Positions 51,101-60,100 of a DNA stretch of 64,000 nucleotides are shown here, piece after piece. Source of the stretch: Lama glama (lineage: Eukaryota); the NCBI GenBank assembly GCA_028534125.1, contig CM052817.1:79548001-79612000 (forward strand), read 5' to 3'. Position 1 is the first letter of the stretch; each line of letters opens with the position of its first letter. A program made the position numbers and the translations under genes. The notes beneath the pieces were generated by a model. That model saw only the letters and a list, made by a program, of their open reading frames with translations, was not told the origin of the DNA and did not search any database.

Positions 51101-54100
51101 TTGGTACACATTTTTAGAGATACCTCTACTATGTTACATATAAGAGTCTAAAATCTATCAGAGACATTAGTATTAAATAATATGATTTATTTAAAATGAT
51201 GAGTGATTAAAAAAAAAACCTGTGTAAGGTGATTTAGACATATGTAAAGGTTGGAGTGAATCTGAAAGAGAGCTCAGTCACCACAGACCCCCAGAAGGAT
51301 TCCCAAATAGTGCTGAGGGCCTAGTTGTTGAGGTTGGTGTTGGGCTGGCAGTTAATGCACTTGTATCATTTCCTCTCATTGTCCTTAGCAGCTCAGCTAT
51401 AGGAGGAGAAGCAGATGTAGGAAGAAAAATGAGGTGATAAGACATAATATACAGTCTAGGAAGTTGCTGAAATGGAGTTTAAGCTAAGATTGTTGGGGGA
51501 AAAGAAAGTCACATCACTTTGGAACTAAAGCATTCGTTGAGTTATCTGCATGGTGAAAGAAGTCATTCAGAATGATAAATTGGGATGAGAAGCAAAAGAA
51601 CCAAAGTCCCTGGTAGGTTTGGAGGATTCACTAGGGGGCATAAATAGATGACAAAGATTAGGAAAGGTAAAGGACGGTTTGAACTTTGAGGAGGGAAGAG
51701 TTTTTCCATTAGGCTACAAGAGCAAATCTAAGATAGAGTAAACCCAAGAAAGAGTATGCCAAGCAAATACACAAGGTAGACAGAAATTCTCCCTAAGTTT
51801 CCAATGTTGAATAAAATTGAATTCTCTCATTCCAGGCTTTCAGACCATCAGAAAAGTAGCCTATCTTCCCCAGCACAATTGAGATGACTAATGGACAAGT
51901 GAAAATGAACTGGGGTCTCAGTGCACTTGTCTATTGTCTATTTTGATAGCATTTTCTAAGCTTCAGGATAAGATCACTAAGTGAGAATGTATAGTGAAAG
52001 AGTTAGAAGGGGGTCAAAGAAAGCATTGGATAGACAGCATCTATATTTAGGATGTCGAAGGAGGAAAAGGGACCATGCAGCAGAGAAGGAATCATCAGAA
52101 TGATTAGAGTGATCTACTATTGAACACAAATAGTTGCTTCTATTTGCGTTAGCTCCCAGTGACTATGAATTTCAGTTAACCAGACTGATGTATTTCCATA
52201 AGAATTATACAATTCTTCAAATGTAAAGGAAGTCCTTTGTCAGAAAATACAATACATGTTAATTTATGTTACAGCCAAGTCATACCATTTAAAAATAGAT
52301 CAGATGCTTATATGAAGTGCTTTTATATTAACACAGGAAATTGATAAACTGTTGTGAATCTTTTATTCCATATTCTTATGCTAACATGATAGATATTCAT
52401 GGCTTTTTTTAAAAAGCAAGTAGAAGGATTTAAACTAATTCATGTTTTTATTTATCTTGTACTTTCACTCAGGCAGGATCAAGGAATCTTTGTATGATTA
52501 ATTTGAAGATGAGTAGCATATAATAGGTTCTCAAAAATACCATTAAGTTATATTAGAGCTATATTTATTATACAAGACTTTTTTTTTTTTTGCTTTACAT
52601 TACAGTAATATGTCCTGAGGTAGAGTGTAAGAAAAAAGCCACAGTAAAAATGATGGATTATAAATTGAGCTAATATCAAAGTATTATGTCTTTTAGGTTG
52701 TTTTCAAACCTCTTCTGAGTCATACAGGGATCCAGTCACAGGATGCAATGCCGCTCTGCTACCGAATGTACTTCGGAGAACATCTTTCATTTTCAGGGAC
52801 TTTGGACTGCCTTAGAGCAGATATTGTGGATTCCGACACAGCCAAAGAAAGAAAAGGCAAAAGAGCAAGAAGGTATCTTGCATTATTGTTGTTTTTATGA
52901 AAATTTTGTGCAAAAGATATATTAGCTGTTTTTCAACTTCGCTTTCTTCTAATGCCAATGAGGAAGTAATTTTAATAGTTTAATGAGAAGATAATTTCCA
53001 TTTAACAGAAATAGTGGCAACATTTTCTTAATAACCTGTTAAACGAGAATCATTTAAATGGCTTACGTTGTATTTCACTTTGGAGATTATTTTGCTCATC
53101 AGTTAATAAAGATTGTAGTTCTGGAAAAAAGGAAATAAAATCTTGTCATTTTCTTTCTTTCCTTTTTTTTTTCTTCACATTTTTTAGGCAAGGCCAAGTG
53201 AATCTTCCTCCACTTGAGTTTAAACCAGCATTAATGTTGGAAACCTTTAGCATCAGTGCTGTTGTGATGGAAAAGTCTGTGTGCACCCCTCAGAACTCTA
53301 CCAGTGCTCTTTCTTTTCATGATCTCAACAAGCGTTACTACAATACCTTTCACTGCAATTTTACTATTTCCTGCCAGTCAATAAGCCAGCATGTAGATAT
53401 GGCTTTAGTTCGTCTTATTCATCAGTTTAGTACAATGATAGATGACATCAAAGCGACTCAGACTGACATTAAACTCAGCAGATATACAGCTGGGTCAGCT
53501 TCCCCAACCCCTACCTTCAAAACCAGAAAACATCGGGATTTTCGCTCCTCTGACTTCAGCCGCAGCTCTAGAGGAAGTCTTAATGGTGGCAATAGAGTAA
53601 ATAATGCAAAGAACAAACGGACCAACAATGAGAATAACAAAAAGGAATCTCGAAACAAAAATTCATTAGGAAGATCTGAAAGAAGAACTTCAAAAGTGTC
53701 CAGGAAAGGTTCAAAAGATGTGGTGGATCATATGACTATCCATATGGATGACTCTGATTCAATTACAGTGTCAGAGCAAAGTGAGCCTTCAGCTGAGTGC
53801 TGGCAGAATATGTATAAATTGCTTAACTTCTATTCACTTATCTCTGATCCAACAGGAATATTGGAAAAATCTTCAGAAACATTTGGACCAGCAGGTAATG
53901 GATATTTTTATATTTAAAAAAATTTCTGTTTAGAATAGCAATAATACTAAGAAAAGCAGGTTATTTGTCATTGTTTTCTTAATGTTGTAACTGGATAATT
54001 GAAATTCATGCAGAGAAATTGGCAGTCACTCAAGGAGAGAAGATAGTAATGGTGATTAGATATTCTGCTACCCTCTTCCCATCCTTCCTAACCGTTACAC

Positions 54101-57100
54101 AGTATGCTCTTAAAGAATTCCAACCAACCTTTCAAATGCTTTCAGATGCTTTCAAATATCTGACTGCTATTTATTTTCAAATATGACCATGGGGAAATGT
54201 TGAAACATTTTAAAAAATCATTTTGGTGGGGAAGAGGATTAAGAGGGCTGGTTTAAGGTTAGACAGTGTTTGGAATGTCCTTCCTTTTTGCAGTTTTCGT
54301 ATCTAAACCCACATATTTCCATTTACTTATGAAGGAGTTCGGAGCCCTACAGAACCAACATGTAAAGTTGTGTTTGAAAACGAACAAGACAGTAACAGTT
54401 TGACTAAGACTCAGAGGAAACGTAGCTTGGTAACTTCTGAGCCTCAGCATGTTACTCTAATAGTGTTTGGGATTGGCATGGTGAACCGCACGCACCTGGA
54501 GGCAGACATTGGCGGGCTAACAATGGAATCAGAACTGAAGAGGATCCATGGCAGTTTCACACTTAAGGAAAAAATGAAAGGTAGGATGATGTTCTAACAC
54601 TGTAGTGCTGCTTTTCGGAAGAAAGCCAATGCCATGTCTCCAAAATTCCTGCTTGGCAATTTTTCTTCAGAAAATGGCACTTCCCATTTGTATGGATCAG
54701 GAGTGCTAGTTTGTGTAGTTTCTTTTTCCTATTCTTAATGTTTTTTAAATTTTTCTAAGTATTCTACACTAAGTATAACTTCTGAGATTTAAAATATCAT
54801 TAGGCTGTTTAATTTCATTAGGCTCTTTAAATGCATGAGTGGCATGTTAAATTATGTATTTAGCATTATTCCGGTTTTGACATATAATAGATACGTATAT
54901 ATGAATACACAGAAATAAAAACTTCAAGGAAATTTTTAAAAAGTAGTTCCAAAATCGTTTAAATTTTATCATAACTTTAAATTATGTTTTGTTATTAAAT
55001 GTATTATAAGTAAAATGTGATTTTAATATGAAGTGCAGTTATGTGATTTCCAGAATTCACATAATTATTTTTTCTCACATTTAAGATGTTTTACATCAAA
55101 AGATGACTGAGACATGTGCTACTGCTCATATTGGTGGGGTTAATATTGTGCTGCTTGAAGGGATTACACCAAATATACAGTAAGTATGTTTATTGTTTTC
55201 TTAAACTTATTTGTTACAGTTTTATAACTTAAAATTCATTGGCTAAATCCCATTTAGTTCTGAGGTTTACATACATAATATTATTACATACTTTAATTGT
55301 CATTGAGAATATCACCAAATGAAATGTTTTCAGAAAACATTTCTTCCCTTTCTAAAACTAGTTTATTACCTCCCCTGCCATGCTAAAAAACTGACTCCCA
55401 GTACAATTTAAGATTGTGTAACAAGAAAAATGATTACAGTGCAAACTTCAGTTAAACATATAAGATGCAAAAGCTCACAAATTCAAATAGTTAAGTAAAA
55501 CAAAATTATAGTCAGAGAATAGAGACCCTTGATTTTGTGTTAACTAATCATTACCCATATTCATGCTGAGTTTCAAAACTTCCTCTTGCCGTTTTTTTAA
55601 TTAGAAAATTTAACAATAAAGCCTAAGAGACTCTTCTAATAGTACAGATAAGCTTTCTGTAGTGAGCATACCATTCCATACTGCTTTTCTTTTGACTGTG
55701 CTCTCACCTTTTCTTTATAAGTTCTATTCTTACATATGTCCAAAATTGTTCTGATAATAATTACCTTTATATGTGATATTTAGATCAGGAATCTGTTATC
55801 AATATATTTAGCCATTGACTTTGTTCATACACTTGGGAGTATATACTTTCATTCCTAACATCCTTTCAGCGGAGCAGTTTCATGCTGTAACTACAAAATG
55901 TATTTTGATAATTTAGGTCAGATTTTAAGAATTTTCTCATTCTTAATATTATAACTGGTTAATGTCCTACTGCCATCCTATAAAAGCCTCTATCATGTTA
56001 AACATTGACTAAATGCAACATCAGAAAAATTAAATATTAGTTGTATATTGACTTGTTTCAGGTCTATTCATTGTATTTCAAACATGGATAATGTGGTGAT
56101 TGTCTTGGGGAACAGTTCCTGAAATGGGTGTTTAAGTCTTGCTGGAGTGGTTGGGACCTACAAGTCTAGAGCCAAAGAGTACATTTCATTATAGCTGCCT
56201 AGCTGGTCCAGATTGCATTTCCTAAGCTGTCTTTCTAAAGACCAGAAAATTCCAGGAGTTGTGAGAGTCAAGATCTTTTCTGATCATTCAGTGTGGGAGG
56301 AGAGGTATTATTATGTAATAATTATAATCTAAAGAAGTATCTACTGTGGACCAGGAGCCTCACATACATTTTTTTTTAATCCTCAACACAATCCTGTTAA
56401 CTGGAGTTGTTTTATCTCCACTTTACAAAGCAATAAATTGAGATTCAGAATGATCAGGTGTTTTCCCGAAATGGTTAAAATCACAGTCAGTAAGAAGAGA
56501 TGCCTGAACCTGTGCTCTTTTCACCTTGCCTTAATGCTTCTGCAGACAGTCATCACAGACCATGGACTTCATGATTCTTTTGTTGACCTAAATTTAAAGT
56601 ATTATGATTACTTTAAAGTATTATGGTTACCTATTCAAAAGGAGAACAGATTTCTTTAGGTGTCTCATGTGTTTTTTACTCTATCCTCTTGAATCTCTTT
56701 ATCTCCATTATCAATTAGCTCTTTAAAAAAGGGCTTCAAATAGTCTATAAATTCATAAAACTTAATATTTATAAAACAGATTTTTTTAAAAAGTATTAGT
56801 TTTTTTTCATTAAAAAAATAAAAGTTATTAATTACTCACTGCCAAACTCTAGTACTGTTAAGACTTTCTGGATTTATTCTTTGGCTTTTCATTTCCAGTT
56901 TCAATTAGAAGGAAACGGAACTTAAAAAAATATAGTTGAAATGATTCTTTGAGGGAAAATTTTAACTATGGGAAATAAAAGCTTTCCAGATGATTGGTCA
57001 TATTGTAACTAATTTATGCGTGATTGTTTCTTTGCTTCCTTTTTGTTTTCCTGCTTTCTCTTGAATCTTCATGTGTAGACTGGAGGATTTTCCTACATCT

Positions 57101-60100
57101 CCTACAAGCACAGCCAAACAAGAGTTTCTGTATGTCATTATTACTCTTTTTCATGGGCTTTGTGATTAACATAGTATTGAATAGTTTTGAAGATAAAATA
57201 TTTAGATTAGCTGCATGGCTGTGAATGTATGTAGCTAGTTATTATTCTATAGCTTTAATATAGATCCTTTTATAGATTAAAGCTTATTGATATTCAAGGA
57301 AAACACACAGGTAAGGACAACCTTTTTGGTAATTCACAGTTTGTTATGCCATTGAAAGACTGTAACACTGTAGTGTGTGGTGCTTTGTGCTTTTTAAAGA
57401 TCTTCTAATATTAAAATTTATATTATCATAAATCCTTGTTGATGTTTGATGTGATAATAGAAGCTAAAATTTTTAACTTTGCAGAAGAGTTTTCATGAAT
57501 TGGAAAAATTATTAAAGCACTAATATTAGACAATACCTACATATCTCAACCTTGTAATTCTGTTTTTAAGCTGGGGAGAATTTAATGCTCTATGTCAGAT
57601 TTTATGTGTAGCTTTTACTATATATACTTTTATATTTTGAGTGGCTTGATTTGACCTCTTTATATCTGGTATTTTGTGGTAGTGAGTTATACCAAGTAGT
57701 ATATTTAAATATTTGTAAAATAAGTCTTACCACCATGGCGATTTAGTATGTTACTTAGCACTGATTATTTCTCTGGACATTTTCTATAAAATTTGAATAT
57801 GCTGAATAAATAGATGAATATGTATATTTATTCCAGGCTGGTAAGATTATCAATACCTGGTGAGATTTGTTTCATTGTGTATTGATAACAGGCCATCAAT
57901 CAACACCCCTTTGTTGGGATTATCTGTGATCTATATCACTTAATCAGCCAACTAGAAGTACGAAAAAAGAATAAATTCACTAGTATTAAATTACAAAATT
58001 GATTGTTTTTTGGAAACCACTCTTCCATTTTAGTATTATCTTAACAGGTATAGAAAAAATACTTAATTCCACTTCAGTAGTCATAGTAGCTAGAGAAGAT
58101 TTATTGTTTCCCTTCTTTTTATCACTGAGTTCTCTGGATACATATATGTATAAAAATTAATACTGTATGACTTTAGAGGGGATGCTTTTTAATGGCTGAA
58201 GATCAGATCTTCATCCACTCAACAAATTAGGTTATTAGGCTACATAGTATGGCCTGCACACTGTGTTAGGTTTCAGAGATACAATAGTAAGCAAATGAGA
58301 AGTGGTCCCTGTCATGATATCACTTAGAGGCCTACTCCCTCCTTTTTTAGGGCTTCTTGCTGACAGAGGTGACATGTAAGTTGAGAAAGAAAGTTTGAAT
58401 GATTTTTAATAGTTAACTAAATAACACGTGATCACAACACTCTCTGTCCCTGCCTCTGCAGAGATTTTCAGGCAAAACTGAATTGAGGCAGGCAGCATTG
58501 ACCAGGGGGCATAAATTAGTTTACTTCCTTTCCCTGCCTCTGAAATTTGGGCCTGCCTGCTAAAGTAGGTGGAGTAGGGGTGGAGATAGAGTAGAAATAA
58601 TGAAGCCTCAAAGTAAATTCTCAAATCCTTCACTTAACCTGGTGCATACAAAGCTGGCCTACCTTTAAGGCCCTATTGCCTGGAGATAGGAAGAAAAAGA
58701 TGGGGAAAGTCCTTGCCCTGTTAGGCACTGCAGCCATTGTAACTTAGGTTCACAGTGGACCTAGCAGAACCTTGTCAAATAGACCACCACTGTCAATGAA
58801 TTCTTGAAACACAATTCTTGGTCATTTGCCATGAACTTTTTACATATATGAGGCATGCCTGGCATGCTGTAAGTTCTTATAGTCTTCTCTTTAGAGAGAT
58901 TTGACCCATTCTTTCTTGTATGAAAGTCTTATATATACTACATGTTTTATGATCTAGATTAATGTCAACTATTTCAACAATTAAAATCAAATTGTGAATA
59001 GATAACTCATATTGGCAGCTTGTAAATTGTTGACGTCCTCATTCTGGGTCTCCTTACATCTTTAACATGTACAGGTTGACAAGAGTTAATCAGACATCCT
59101 CTACAGTGTCTGGCTCAGTTTGATCAGTGTAGGACTAGCTCCGAGGAACATTATTCACGTTGTAGTCATGGCGTCACTTACATAGCCTACAGTGTGAATA
59201 TTGCCCTCTGGAGCTGAGCAACACAGAACTTCCAAGTCCATAACGTACAAATTTCCACTGTTGATACCACAGTAGGACCTACACTAGGAGGGCAGTGACA
59301 GCCCCATAGCTTTCTATTCGTGCTGGTGTATATTGAAAATCGAGGGTTGTCTGTGTACTTATATAATCAAAATTAATATTTAAGCAGACTTCTATAGATT
59401 ATAATGGTAAAATAGAGAGATAAGTGTACAGTTTCTTGACTGTCATGGTAACAGTACTTCTTGGAAGATGTATGTTTAGTTTCATTCAGTTTGTGGATAT
59501 TGTTCATAGTTTTGTAAAAAGCCCTTTGTATTTCAGCACCATCTAAGTGTTCTGGCTCATATTGAGATTGAATTTAAGATGGAATCTCATTGATGATAAA
59601 CAGTAGCTTTATTTACTAAAATAGTTAAGATTCAAAATTCAGTAACTAGTCAGAATCCCAGAATCTACCCTCATGCCTGCTAGAACAGTTCCATAGATTA
59701 CTTTTTTCTTTTTCTAGTTAGTGTTTGTTTCTGAGAAATAGTTTGCTTTGCATAAGAAAGCAAATATAGTTCTCTAGGAATTTATCATTTTTGAATTTTG
59801 TATAATACCTGGATTTCCCTGTCTGTAAATAATCAGGACTTCTGATAGAACCACTGTTATACTTCTCGAGGTTTATTCCAATGGAAGTTAAATGTAATGA
59901 ACTGATTCCTTAGATACTTGAGACTGTAAATTATTTGTGAATCCTCTGTAGCCTAAGTAGATATAAATGTGAGCTGACATATAGTTAATATGAAATTTGC
60001 ATTTTGTGTGTGTTGCTAAATCTGTTGTCAAACATCCTTTGCCCATTTGAAAGATAACATTTGTGTTAAAAGCTATCCTTCTGCTGTCTGGCCTTTAATA

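Noticed and set aside
29875..52702. Other exons starting with GT (15, 17, 19, 30, 31) as recursive sites
   Set aside because: AG|GT starts are common and these rebuilt donors are mostly poor matches; only exon 13 recreates its upstream donor exactly
52870..52881. Donor AG|gtatcttg as a U12-type GT-AG intron
   Set aside because: Lacks the CC of GTATCCTT, and the acceptor has a normal U2 pyrimidine tract
58496..58514. accagggggc as a CTCF site
   Set aside because: The strongly conserved upstream CC of the motif is replaced by TG
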